64,000 nucleotides of DNA from Nemertoderma westbladi (Eukaryota; Animalia; Xenacoelomorpha), in assembly GCA_032718475.1 (NCBI GenBank), contig JAUCBJ010007525.1:1-64000 (forward strand), written 5' to 3'. The translations under genes and the position numbers were made by a program. Positions 34,000-45,472 of this stretch are shown piece after piece. Position 1 is the first letter of the stretch, and every line of letters begins with the position of its first letter. The notes under the pieces are model-generated. The model saw nothing but the letters and a program-made list of their open reading frames with translations. It was not told the DNA's origin and did not search any database.

Positions 34000-34839
34000 A
34001 TGTACAGAATATATACAGAATATCGTATATAAACAGAATATCGAAATATTACAGTTAGTTCAGGTTTACCAATCAGACAGCAATTTAATTAATGTATTAC
34101 AAAAATTTAAGGTAATAAAAAAAACAATAAAACTGTTAATGCAATAATATCCATCACAGTATTGCATGCATATATGTTCTTTAGGTAAGTACAGTAGATG
34201 CATTTACTAATAATGTGAATAATAATAATAGTGTGAATACAGTAAACATTATACTAGTAATATGCAACTTTACTCAAAACCTATAATATAATAATACACA
34301 ATGAGATGGCAGTGTGAATCAGAATAATACTGACAAATATAGTGTAAGTAACCAATCAGAAGCAATATATTATAACACCATAGGCAGGTATTGTGTTGTT
34401 GGGCAGTGTGTCTACTGTAATATCCATCCACATGGGAATGTATCATGGCGTCTGTCTGGCACATTGTAGAACTACAATATGAACGTTATTTCACTTAAAA
34501 ATAACGTTGAAAATTAACGTTTATAATTAAACTCGGAATTAACGTTACTATCGAACGTCATCACACATTGAGAGATCGATGAAAATTAACGTTCGAATTT
34601 TACGCTGAATTAACGATTATGATTGGTTTATTTTAAACATGCAATTTTTCTAGCATAGTGGAACGTTAATCAAACGTTGAACAATATGTTATTTATTCAT
34701 GTGATTTTCCAACTTAATCCACACCTATATTAACGTAAATTTAACGTACCATGTTTGCAGGGATGAGAGATTGTCGAAAAATATCAAAATTTATCCCCTT
34801 GGGGTATTATTTTACCCCACGTTACCAGGGGAGGGTTAA

Positions 34840-35455
34840 TAAGGAATGGGATATTTTCAGTGTCCCGACGTATTGATGCATTTTCTTCGCGTAGTTCTCG
34901 GAGTTCCTCTTTTATAGTAGGGCCTACAGAGCGATTCCAGGATAGAATCACCTACTGTACTCCACTTTGTTTTTCCTGTCATTGTCTTTGAGAACTCCAG
35001 ATAGATTTAGTTAAACTTAAAGTAGTAAATTGTTCTGGCGGATTGCAGAATTGAGTTTGCAGGTAGTTTGGTACCGGTACAGTAGTAACGGTAGGTATGT
35101 TAGTAAATACTGAAAGTCAGACTTTGTTATTTGGCACACTTTCTAGCTATCCATACCGGTATCCCGGTATCATGATAATTATTATAACGACAAGGAGTTT
35201 CATCGCCCAAAGAACACTTCAATATAATCTATAACAGTGGATTAATTTCTCCCCTTTGGGGCATCATCAGCACAAAAACACACTACTGCACTACAGGTAG
35301 GCCTACCAAACAAAAACCTGAAATAGACTGCCGATCACTCACAAACAAACGATGTATATCTACGGTACAAATAACATTCCCCCTACGGTTGTTTTGTGGT
35401 TAGAAAAGCCGTGCAGCCACGGTCCGCAGAGCTGACAAAATAGACAACTGAACTC
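34840..35455 (-). pseudogene. 5' part of the LINE (ORF1 N-terminus and probable 5' UTR)
   Basis: GPTIKEELRELREENASIRRDTENIPFL coiled coil joins in frame to the 30705 fragment; 5' limit approximate. Confidence 0.55.
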
Positions 35456-36014
35456 TTAACGCCCTAAAGTCGGCATGTCACTTTACGAATAATTTCAATG
35501 GTATCCCGGTATGGCTGAATTGCTCCGTTTACTCATTATTATTATACTAACTTGAATAGTACTACTGTATATACTAACTTGAATTACATCCTACAGTATC
35601 CTTAAAATATGTGTGATTTGTTAAGATTGCAGGCGGAGGTCTTGAGAGAGAGTTTTGTAGCGCGGACAAATCAGCGGAGGCGAATTCAGAGGTGTGATTT
35701 CAGTAGAGGATAATATTGTGCGTCCAATCACATTCATTTTCCATTTCCTCATTAGGCCTACTACTGATTTACAAACAAACAGAGACTAACAGTTGGTAAA
35801 GAGATCTAGTGGTGAGACCATATAGTCGCCAATAAGTCAAACTATATGGTAAGCGCCAAAAAATCGTTTTTTTTTTTACTTTTTCGTTTTACCTGGGTAA
35901 AAAGGACCCGCTCTTTCCAATGGCCGCATTCTTATTGGTTAAATATTTAGGCAAATAGCCTAAATATAGAATCGGAAAACTATTGTATCTACCAGGCCCA
36001 AATTAGTCAAACTA

Positions 36015-36425
36015 TGGCATAGAATTAATGAAATAAACCATTATCGTCAAAGTATCATAAACGCCATTTGTGCTATTACTATAGTATGAAGTATGACGTT
36101 ACAATAATGAGAAATTGTCATACATATTGTTAAAGTATTTGTTAAAAATTGGTTAAAACAATGTTGCCATAGAATTAATGAAATAAACCATTATCGTCAA
36201 AGTATCGTAAACGCCATTTGTGCTATTACTATAGTATGACAATTTGTAACGTCATACTATAGTAATAGCAATATTGAAATAAACCATTATCGTCAAAGTA
36301 TCGTAAATGCCATTTGTGCTATAGTAATAGCACAAATGGCATTTACGATACTTTGACGATAATGGTTTATTTCAATAATTCAAGGCAACATTGTTTTAAC
36401 CAATTTTTAACAAATACTTTAACGA
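36015..36425. repeat. Direct plus inverted repeat cluster (foldback-like)
   Basis: AAATAAACCATTATCGTCAAAGTATC..GCCATTTGTGCTAT three times direct, once inverted; 36127-36168 inverted at 36384-36423. Confidence 0.75.
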
Positions 36426-36739
36426 ATTAAATTAGTTTTCTTAACATGGCAACATTCTTGCAGTCAATTATACGTTTGCAAAATAGGGCGGGAATTTTTG
36501 TCAATGCATTATTCTTGGAATTTTCCGTATTTCATTGGTAACAATTAGCTACAAGCATAGCGCCTGCAGTACTTTTGTACAAAATAAGTAACCGTAAAAA
36601 GTATCCACTCAGCAAGTGCATTTTTTAGAACAAAAATAACTGATTCCATTATTATTCTTACATCACTACATTAGGATGCTCGCTTATGGGAACCTGATAA
36701 AGTTGTACCCATTGCACCTATGGGAATCACCACGAACCA

Positions 36740-38097
36740 TGTGGATGTGGAAGTCTTAGCCAGGGACGTGTGGAAGTCGTAGCAGTGGACCCTGTGGAAG
36801 TCCTAGCTGGAGACCTAATGGAAGTCGTAGTTGGAGACCCAATGTAAGTCGTAGCTGAGAACCATGTGGAAGTAGTAGCTGGGGACCATGTGTAAGTCGT
36901 AGCTGGGGACCATGTGTAAGTTGTAGCTGGGAACCTAATGAAAGTCGTAGCTGGAGACCTAATGAAAGTCGTAGCAGGGAACCTTGTGGAAGTCGTAACT
37001 GGGGACCCAATGAAAGTCGTAGCAGGGAACCTTGTGGAAGTCGTAACTGGGGACCCAATGAAAGTCGTAGCAGGGAACCTTGTGGAAGTCGTAACTGGGG
37101 ACCCAATGAAAGTCGTAGCAGGGAACCTTGTGGAAGTCGTAACTGGGGACCCAATGAAAGTCGTAGCAGGGAACCTTGTGGAAGTCGTAACTGGGGACCC
37201 AATGAAAGTCGTAGCAGGGAACCTTGTGGAAGTCGTAACTGGGGACCCAATGAAAGTCGTAGCGGGAAACCTTGTGGAAGTCTCAGCTGAGAACCATAAG
37301 GAAGTTGTAGCAGGGAACCATGTGTAAGTCGTAGCTGTGAACCTAATTGAAAGTCGTAGCTGGAGACCTAATGAAAGTCGTGGAACCATATTTAAGTCGT
37401 AGTCATGGACCAAGTGGAAGACGTAGAAGGGGACCATGTTGAACTCGTAACAGGAGAGCATGTGGAAGTTGTAGATGGGTACCATGTGGAAGTTGTAGCA
37501 GGGGACCTTATGGAAGTCATATCGGAGAGCCATGAGGAAGTCGTAGCTGGGGACCATGTGGAAGTCGAAGCTGTGGACCTAATGAAAGTCGTAGCGGGGA
37601 ACCTTGTGGAAGTCATATCGTAGCGGGGAACCATAAGGAAGTCTTAGTCAGGGACCCTGTGGAATTCGTAGCTGGGGGCCTAATGAAAGTCGTAGCTGGA
37701 GACCTAATCAATATCGTGAAACCATATTTAAGTCGTAGTCAGGGACCATATGGAAGTCGTAGCAGGGGACCATGTGGAAGTCGTAGCTGAGAACCATGTG
37801 GAAGTCGTAGCTGGGGACCCAAGGAAAGTCGTAGCGGGGAACCTTGTGGAAGTCGTAGATGAGAACGATGTGGAAGCCGAAGCTGTGGACCTAATGAAAG
37901 TCGTAGCTGAAACCTTATGGAAATCGTAGCTGAGAAGCATAAGGAAGTCATAGTAGGGGACCATGTGTAAGTCGTAGCTGTAGACCTAATTGAAAGTCGT
38001 AGCAGGGGACCATGTGAAAGTCCTAACAGGGGACCATGTGAAAGTCGTAACAGGGGACCATGTGGAAGTCGAAGCTGTGGACCTAATGAAAGTCGAA
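36740..38097. repeat. 21-bp tandem repeat with homogenised 42-bp dimer core
   Basis: GAAGTCGTAGCTGGGGACCATGTG-like monomers; exact 42-mer AATGAAAGTCGTAGCAGGGAACCTTGTGGAAGTCGTAACTGGGGACCC-type array about 36960-37280. Confidence 0.9.
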
Positions 38098-38201
38098 AGA
38101 GGCTTATTATGAGGCATAATGAGATACGCATTGCGTATCTTCTTCAGTCAACCAATAATGGCCGATCAACAAATAAAAACTGATAATCACTACTATAATG
38201 G

Positions 38202-38630
38202 CAAATCCCAAATTCCATATTCCCAAATCCCAAATACCTTAATCCCAAATACCTTAATCTCAAATACCTTATTCCCAAATCCCAAATACCTTATTCCAAA
38301 ATCCCAAATACCTTATTGCAAAATCCCAAATAACTTATTCCCAAATACCTTAAATTCCAAATCCCAAATACCTTATTCCCAAATCTCAAATACCTTATTC
38401 CCAAATCCCAAATACCTTATTCCCAAATCCCAAATACCCTATTCCCAAATCCCAAATACTTTATTCCCAAATCCCAACTACCTTATTCCCAAATCCCAAA
38501 TACCTTATTCCCAAATCCCAAATACCTTATTCCCAAATCCCTTATTCCCAAATCCCAAATACCTTATTCTCAAATACCTTATTCCCAGATCCCAAATACC
38601 TTATTCCCAAATCCATTATTCCCAAATCCC
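38202..38630. repeat. 22-bp tandem repeat
   Basis: ATTCCCAAATCCCAAATACCTT units. Confidence 0.9.
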
Positions 38631-38694
38631 ACATGGTATTTGCGTCCAGTTTCCCCCCTGTCTCTCATTTGTATAGTTCTATGAAATGACCATA

Positions 38695-41539
38695 TTAGTA
38701 GCAGTAATAAGATTTGGTAAAAATTTTACCCAAATATTATTTCCGCGTTGTGTGAAAATTTTGAACATATTTGTCTTTAATGTTCTATTAAATCGACTAT
38801 AGCAGCCTTATTCACCAAGTACATTACGTAATACTGTACACCGACAGTATCGAAAATATCATCTTATGCCCGCTTAACCTTTTCTGGGCTTGAGATAGTT
38901 TGATGTTTGCTTGTTTTGCTAATTTTACGATACTTGCAAAGCCTGAAGGTGACGAAGGATCTGAATAAATTCTTAACAGTTTTTTGTCTAAGCTCCGGCT
39001 TAAAATCGGCTTCATCTTGCGAGGCATCTTTTCGACAACCGCAAGTAATATGTATTTTCAAATCCCTTATAAAGGGCATCACCGTAAAAACAACTGAAAT
39101 TTTTTTATTTTCATTGAAGTTGATGATGATATTTTTTTTGCTTTTTGTATTTACTCTAGGTATATATTGAGGTTTTAAGACAGTAGCTAACGGTTTACTC
39201 AATACTAAGTATAATTTTCTTAATGTTACTTCCATTTTAACCATTATTATTACCAACCCCGGTTAATTATTTTCGCAATAGCCACCCCGGCGGCTGTGGC
39301 GCCAGCTCCCGCAGCAAGTTTCGCGCCAATGCCGAGCAGGGGTATTAGAAATGGGAGTATACCTCCAGATTGATTGGTTAACTTTTTTCTGTAACTTGAT
39401 ATATTTTTGTTTTCCTATTGAATGATTTTAATACCTATTTATAACGGCGAATATTTCTAAATGAAATGTGGGTCAATTGTACGTTACCTTTTAGAACATT
39501 TAAAGCTGTATTTACAATGAGGCATATTAATTCGTTACTCGCGGTGTGGTAATAAAATAAGTTCTTTGTTGAAGGGTAGCGCTGCGTAAAAATTCAAATT
39601 CATTACGATATTTCTGCACAAGTCTATTCATTGTTGCAACATTATTTAACAATTTTACAAAATTTGAATATTAATTATTATTATTATTATCGCTACGTTT
39701 ATTGTCAATGTGATTTTTAATATAACAATTATGATTACGAAATATATCCAATCTAAATCTTAAATGTTCGGGTTTTTCCTGACATAAATCAATTAAGAAA
39801 TGTGAAAACGGGGCAATAGTTGCATCTTGATAGGAATCTACTAAGAATTTTGTCTGCCCAGGTAACATCTGCTTTGCGAAATTAAAAACCGAAAAACTAT
39901 TGCGTGGATTTTTTATTAATACTAACGTATGGCTATTAATTGACCTTGTACGGTTATGCTTCCCACCATAAAACATGTTTTGCATTATGAAACAAATAAA
40001 TATATTGGAATGATGAGCAACCTTAGTAAATAATACAGTTAAGGCTGTACTGGACTCTGCTTCTGTTAATAAATCATCTATAATTAATAAATCTCGACTA
40101 TTTACTAAACTATCTAAATTTTCGGGTATACCTTTGTAAAGGTAGGTAATACTGGGAATAGTCGGAGGATTGCTCCCGTAACAATGCAATACTCGCAAGG
40201 GGGATTCGTTGAAGCGGCCATTCTTGTGTTTGATTAAGTCACCGATAAAGGTAGATTTACCCGAACCGGATGGTCCTGAAATAATCATGCTTGTTCCCAT
40301 ACGAAAAATTAAATTATATGGCCCTGAATGAAAGCCAGCCATTTAATATTATTAAGATATATCAATATGTACCGGTAATATAACATAATATAAAGAACCA
40401 ACACCTTTACTATGTATATATGTAACAATTCACAAAAAAGCGCAATTTACAACAAAAAGTATGTACAACTGGAGTATTAATATATTTATCATGGCATTCT
40501 TTCATTCTGCTTTTTTACCTTACTTGATAAGATTGTGTAATCGTATACCAGCAATCAACAGACATTGTTTTCGATTTAAATAATGTCCATACCAAGTGAG
40601 ATGGCAGTGACATCTTATAAATTCATTATACTTGTTAGTTTGAAATTTACGTTCTATACCACGCCCATAGCATTTAGTACTGGAAATATATCTTAGAGTA
40701 TGTTCCGTCGAAGTGCGAATTACTCTCATACACAAATCATTGCAAAGAATACCTTAATCAAGTTTCAAATAGTACTTTTTTTGTTTTTATACCTCTCGAT
40801 GATTCCTCTTTATATGTCTTAAAGTAAATGTCAAAATTAATTTCATTAAATTAAATAAATTAAATTAAAATTAATTTCCACATATTGATCAATACATGTC
40901 ACACAAATCCCATGCTTATTAACGCATATGTAACAATCAAGATGTTTTAAATTAGAATAACAAATACTACAATTTGTGTTTATTAAAATATCAATTTTTC
41001 TTAAATATCCAAACCAAAATCGTTAAAATGTTGATAAAATATTTATAATATAGCTGAAAAAGTCAAGAATCATCTTCATTGTCATCGGATTCATCAGTGG
41101 TTACAAGGGTTTCTTTCGAAATAATAACTATAAACAAAGCCATAATTTCATAAGAATTTTGACGATCTAATTTGATCTCAAACTTTTCACCTTTATTGAG
41201 CACGATATTCCCACTATATTGACTAAAAACAATTAAGTTATCTGACATTGATAAAATTGTGATTGATTCTAAATTTCCATCATCTTCTACATTGCATTGT
41301 AATCTAATAGGTAATTAGTAGAATCTACCTCGCCAAAAAGATCAATAGAACGTAGTTCTTTTCTTGCTTGTTCAGAAATATCTATTTTAAAATTAGGTTG
41401 TGAAGGATAATAAATAGTGTTACCAATAACAATAAAAGTAAGATTATCAACAGTATTAAATGTATGTCTTATTTACAGGTGTATCAGAAGACATTATTAT
41501 TACTATTATTTTATATAATAACAATTAAATAACAACGAC
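38695..41539 (-). mobile_element. Decayed Polinton/Maverick remnant, inverted paralog of 47859-51100
   Basis: Same gene order: ORF matching 47859 (GEKFEIKLDRQNSYEIM), ATPase, frameshifted QSGG protein, KLYLV ORF, and integrase N-terminus MPRKMKPILSRSLDKK with an internal deletion. Confidence 0.9.
39671..40342 (-). CDS. Polinton packaging ATPase (older copy, ORF still open)
   Basis: Walker A GPSGSGKS, Walker B LLIIDD; closely similar to 49172-49810. Confidence 0.85.
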   Translation of the reverse strand: MAGFHSGPYNLIFRMGTSMIISGPSGSGKSTFIGDLIKHKNGRFNESPLRVLHCYGSNPPTIPSITYLYKGIPENLDSLVNSRDLLIIDDLLTEAESSTALTVLFTKVAHHSNIFICFIMQNMFYGGKHNRTRSINSHTLVLIKNPRNSFSVFNFAKQMLPGQTKFLVDSYQDATIAPFSHFLIDLCQEKPEHLRFRLDIFRNHNCYIKNHIDNKRSDNNNNN

Positions 41540-41565
41540 TGGTATGTATCGTACCGCATGGTTAA

Positions 41566-42047
41566 CCCTATCCATACCGGGGGGGGGGGACTTTTGGAGA
41601 CGCACTTTATTTGATTGCTTGGTTCAAAGCCAAACCACATTTATTGCAAGTGAAATTCCGTTACTTTTCCTAAAATTTATTATTCTTTATCTTAAAACAA
41701 AAATTTATTTTCATATTATTATTTATGACCATGAAAATGACTCGTAAACTGACCTGTCTCTGAAACTGTCATATTATTGCTGAACTATTATAGGCGGGAA
41801 ATTTAAAATTCAATCAATTTAATATCAATTTAAAATCAATTTAAACATAATTATAGTATATAAATATTATATTTGAGCATTAGTGTGTGGCATATTTGGA
41901 TAGAGGAATAAATTTTGTATCTAAAACTTTTTACTTTAAAGTAATATCATCACACCACACAAAGTTATATGCTTCCAAACTTTACGTCCCCAAAAGTCCC
42001 CCCCCCCCGGTAGTTTGAGCGTCTAAAATACCCCGGTATGGATAGGG
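41566..42047. mobile_element. piggyBac-type MITE inside the Gypsy 3' LTR
   Basis: TTAA TSD (41562-41565, 42048-42051); 17-bp TIR CCCTATCCATACCGGGG; absent from the other LTR. Confidence 0.92.
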
Positions 42048-42368
42048 TTAAGCAAATGTATAATTAATCAGATATTGTATAATGTTCTGATACACAGTCA
42101 GACAGTGTCGTGTAAACCAAGTACGGGTACGGTACTCATAACTGGTACTTAATAATCCCACCACCGTGACAAGATATATACTGTATATCCAAAGTCTCAG
42201 TCTACACCAACTCCCCCGTTTTCTGAGATTTTTAGGACGTTAAAAATCTATGCGCTAGTAAAGCGAACCACTGGTTTATGTAAACGCGTACTTCTGCGTA
42301 AACAAGATTTCAAACAACTTTCAGTTTCGTGGTTGTCCGTTGTACAGGGGTGTATGTCCTGAAGGTCA

Positions 42369-45155
42369 TTACTTATTGTAAGTATCGTATGGTATTGTTT
42401 CTACTGGTTCATGGAAGCGGCGAATAAATCTTCTGTTTCGCCACCACGTTCGACCAGAGGGAAGTTTGATCCGGTAGTCCCGTTTAATTCCCACCCCCAC
42501 GATTACACCTACCCGTTCCCACCGTTTGGTTGAGCGGTTTTGAACGCGTACTTTAGCGCCGACTGGCAGTGAGTTCAGATCTCGAGCAGATCGGTTATAG
42601 TACTCCACTGCCTTGTCGCGAATGGCCTGGTATTTTGAGTCTGTTATATCGGCTGATTGTGTCCATTTGGTATCGAACGCCGTATGGTGTGCCGGGACTC
42701 GTGAGCGCAAATTGTGTCCGAACACAATCTGGTTGGATGAGCGCCCATCGATCCTCGGTGTATTCCGAAGTTCCAATAGAGCCTCTTGGAATACTTCGGA
42801 GTTTATGTCGCTGGTTGGTAGCTTTGATAGCATAGATTTAACCAGCTTCACTCCGGCCTCTGCGTGGCCATTACTTTGTGGATACCCAAGTGTACTAGGT
42901 GTCCACCGCACCCCCCATCTGTCCAAGAATTTGGTGAAACAGTTCGCTGCGAATTGGGGACCCCCTTCCGTACGTATTTGGGTTGGATTTCCAAGTTGAA
43001 CAAAGAATTCACGAGTAGCATATGCCACTTGTTGAGAGGTGGGGTCATTGTGACATTGGGCAACTAGTGGATATCCCGACAGTCTATCAATGTAGGTTAG
43101 ATAGTGTTTTCCAGCGAGTGTAAACAAGTCGCTGGAGATGTGTTCGAACGGGCGTTTAGGGAGAGGATCTGCTAGTAGAGTCTCCTTTGCCAGGCTAGGC
43201 AGCTGTTCCTGGCATGAGGTACAACGTTGAACTGTGTTGACAATGTCGCTGTTCATACCCGGCCAGTATAACACCATGCGCGCCCTCCGTTTAGTGCACA
43301 GCATGCCTTGGTGTGAGGCATGTAGGCATTCTAGAACGTCTTTCCGTTTAGCGTGTGGGATAACCAACCGGTGTCCGTATAGGACTAATCCGTTGTCAAC
43401 CGAAAGTTCATTACGAATAGATTTATATTGCCACACCGATGGGGAACAATTATCAAGGTTTTTGAAGTCGTTAAGGATTTCCCCAATTAACGCTTGATAG
43501 TCACTATCGTTTAGTACGGTTTCACGGAGTTCCTCCACTACCGGGTCCGTGGAACTCTTATTATCAGTCTCGTTATCGTTAGTATTTGTTAAAATTTTAT
43601 GGATCGTTGCCATAATGGGGACCGGCGGTTCGATGTCCTCGTCGGTCGGGTCGTTCATCGGGGAGGCAGTCGGCAATGGGTGTTTTTTACCTGCCTGCCA
43701 TTCTACCGTGAACTGGTATGTGGATTGCAACGCCGCCTTGATTTTTTGTATCTTGATATTTTCAACTTCTGTAAGAGAAAACCGATTAAATATTGACGTT
43801 AACGGCCGATGGTCGGTTATGACTGTGAAGTGGTCCAACCCGGCTAAGTAAAGCCGGCACTTCTCAATTGCATATTTAATGGCGACAGTTTCTAATTCGA
43901 TTATCGCGTATCGGGATTCTTGATCCATTACAAAGCGGACCAGTTTCCAATTTTCTCCGTGCTTTCGACGCAAACTGAACCCGAACCCATGCAACCTGCT
44001 GGCATCGGTTTCAAGGCGAGTTTCCAAGTTTAACTCGAAGGGTGCCAGTACGGGTGGTTTAGTAAGGGCGGCTTTAACCGCTGAAAATGCGTGGCTATGG
44101 ATTTCATTCCACACAAATTCATTTCTCGTACATAGAGGTTCGCGTAACAGAGCAGCATTCATGCTGATATCCGAGGAAAAGCACCCGAGTTGGTTCACCA
44201 TCCCCATAAATCCTCTAAGATCTGTAATATTCGATGGGGTTGGAAACTCGGAAATTGCGTTAATTTTCTCGGGGTCGGCTTCTATACAGCCGTGGGACAT
44301 AATAAATCCAGCAAACTTTGCCTCATTCTTGGCAAAGTGGAACTTTGCGGGGTTTAAAGTCATCCCGTGTTCCCTGTACCTCTCCAGGATGTTGCGAACA
44401 CGGTCGACATGTTGCTGAAGGTTGACATCCTCCACTAGGACATCGTCAACTATTTTCTTTACATTGGACAGTCCTTCCAAAGCCATGTCGCCGCGAAAGT
44501 TGTAAGAATCTCCCGTGGATATAAACCCCATTGGGGCGCGGCAGTATCTAAACCGCCCCCATGGTGTTAGAAAGGTTGTTAAGTCGCAGGATTCCTCGGC
44601 CAGTTCTACTTGCCAGTAGCCCGATTTCGCATCCAAGGTAGTACAAACCTTGGCGCCCGGAGTGCGATCCGACTCTACATCGAAAGGTGTGTGAGAGTTA
44701 TGGGTGGGCCGTTTAACCTGGCAGTTTAATTTAGTTAAGTCGACTGTCATCCGGATTTCATCTGGATTATGCGGTTTATTACAGACGACAATCGGGTGAC
44801 ACCACTCCGTGGGTCTGTCACCGATACGCTCTATAATCCCTTTACTGAGCATATCATCCAACTCCGCTCGAACCTTCTCACGATTCGCAAAAGGAATAGG
44901 TCGCGCCGCGTATATACGAAAAGGAATCGCCCCTTCCTTCAACTCTATAACCATTGGTTTACCAAACATTGGTTTTAGTTCTCCTTTGGTTGCAAAAACG
45001 TCCGAGAAATCCTCCATTAAATTCGATTTAATTTTCTCGAGTTCCTTTAAGTTTGGTTTACTCGCAGCTTCTGTATTCCGCCGAGTATTGGAAACGTTTT
45101 TGTCAATTTTATTGCAGCGCAACGTATGTAATGGAGTTGGGAATTCTTCGTGCAC
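42369..45155 (-). CDS. pol: Gypsy Pol (RT, RNase H, integrase), probably defective
   Basis: LDAKSGYWQV, TPWGRFRY, IVDD; ETDASRLHG; HASHQG..C..C; ISSDLF, IRTEGGPQF (second catalytic D replaced by E), QSNGHAE; protease remnant IADTG near 45400 is cut off by stop/frameshift. Confidence 0.9.
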   Translation of the reverse strand: MHEEFPTPLHTLRCNKIDKNVSNTRRNTEAASKPNLKELEKIKSNLMEDFSDVFATKGELKPMFGKPMVIELKEGAIPFRIYAARPIPFANREKVRAELDDMLSKGIIERIGDRPTEWCHPIVVCNKPHNPDEIRMTVDLTKLNCQVKRPTHNSHTPFDVESDRTPGAKVCTTLDAKSGYWQVELAEESCDLTTFLTPWGRFRYCRAPMGFISTGDSYNFRGDMALEGLSNVKKIVDDVLVEDVNLQQHVDRVRNILERYREHGMTLNPAKFHFAKNEAKFAGFIMSHGCIEADPEKINAISEFPTPSNITDLRGFMGMVNQLGCFSSDISMNAALLREPLCTRNEFVWNEIHSHAFSAVKAALTKPPVLAPFELNLETRLETDASRLHGFGFSLRRKHGENWKLVRFVMDQESRYAIIELETVAIKYAIEKCRLYLAGLDHFTVITDHRPLTSIFNRFSLTEVENIKIQKIKAALQSTYQFTVEWQAGKKHPLPTASPMNDPTDEDIEPPVPIMATIHKILTNTNDNETDNKSSTDPVVEELRETVLNDSDYQALIGEILNDFKNLDNCSPSVWQYKSIRNELSVDNGLVLYGHRLVIPHAKRKDVLECLHASHQGMLCTKRRARMVLYWPGMNSDIVNTVQRCTSCQEQLPSLAKETLLADPLPKRPFEHISSDLFTLAGKHYLTYIDRLSGYPLVAQCHNDPTSQQVAYATREFFVQLGNPTQIRTEGGPQFAANCFTKFLDRWGVRWTPSTLGYPQSNGHAEAGVKLVKSMLSKLPTSDINSEVFQEALLELRNTPRIDGRSSNQIVFGHNLRSRVPAHHTAFDTKWTQSADITDSKYQAIRDKAVEYYNRSARDLNSLPVGAKVRVQNRSTKRWERVGVIVGVGIKRDYRIKLPSGRTWWRNRRFIRRFHEPVETIPYDTYNK

Positions 45156-45472
45156 AACGTGTAACCCGAGGCGGCGCTAAGGGAAAGGTAAACTTCTTCC
45201 TTTGGAATATCTCTACAGATATATACCCACTCGTTATGGGAATGCCCTGCAACCCTCATGGACAGTTTAATTCGGCCCTGGCAGTGCATTCAGGATCCGT
45301 TGGCACTCTCAAGAGGCGCATCTGGCGTCTCGAGGTCGCGGCGCGATATATCTAGTCGTTTTAACGTGCCAATGCCGGCAGCTGTAACTTGCACTCCGGT
45401 ATCTGCTATGGAAGAGATATTTCCGAGGTGCTCATCCTGACAACCGTAGTAGTCCACTGCTAACAGGGGTCG

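Larger units (their letters stand above)
31733..34762. mobile_element. Non-autonomous EnSpm/CMC-like element
   Basis: Termini CCTTGCAAACA / TGTTTGCAGGG, 2-bp TSD AT, dense subterminal AACGTT-type repeats at both ends. Confidence 0.75.
30710..34835. mobile_element. Non-autonomous piggyBac-like element (4.1 kb including nested insert)
   Basis: TTAA TSD (30706-30709, 34836-34839); TIR CCCTCCCC(C/T)GGTA; subterminal IR GTAACGTGGGGTA/TACCCCACGTTAC; removal restores the LINE ORF1 frame (ENIPFL-IKQIDTL). Confidence 0.85.

Noticed and set aside
36727-38676. Repetitive ORFs (276, 164, 129, 185 aa) that look like mucin or repeat proteins
   Set aside because: They are open in several frames and on both strands, as expected from tandem repeats; no gene structure evidence
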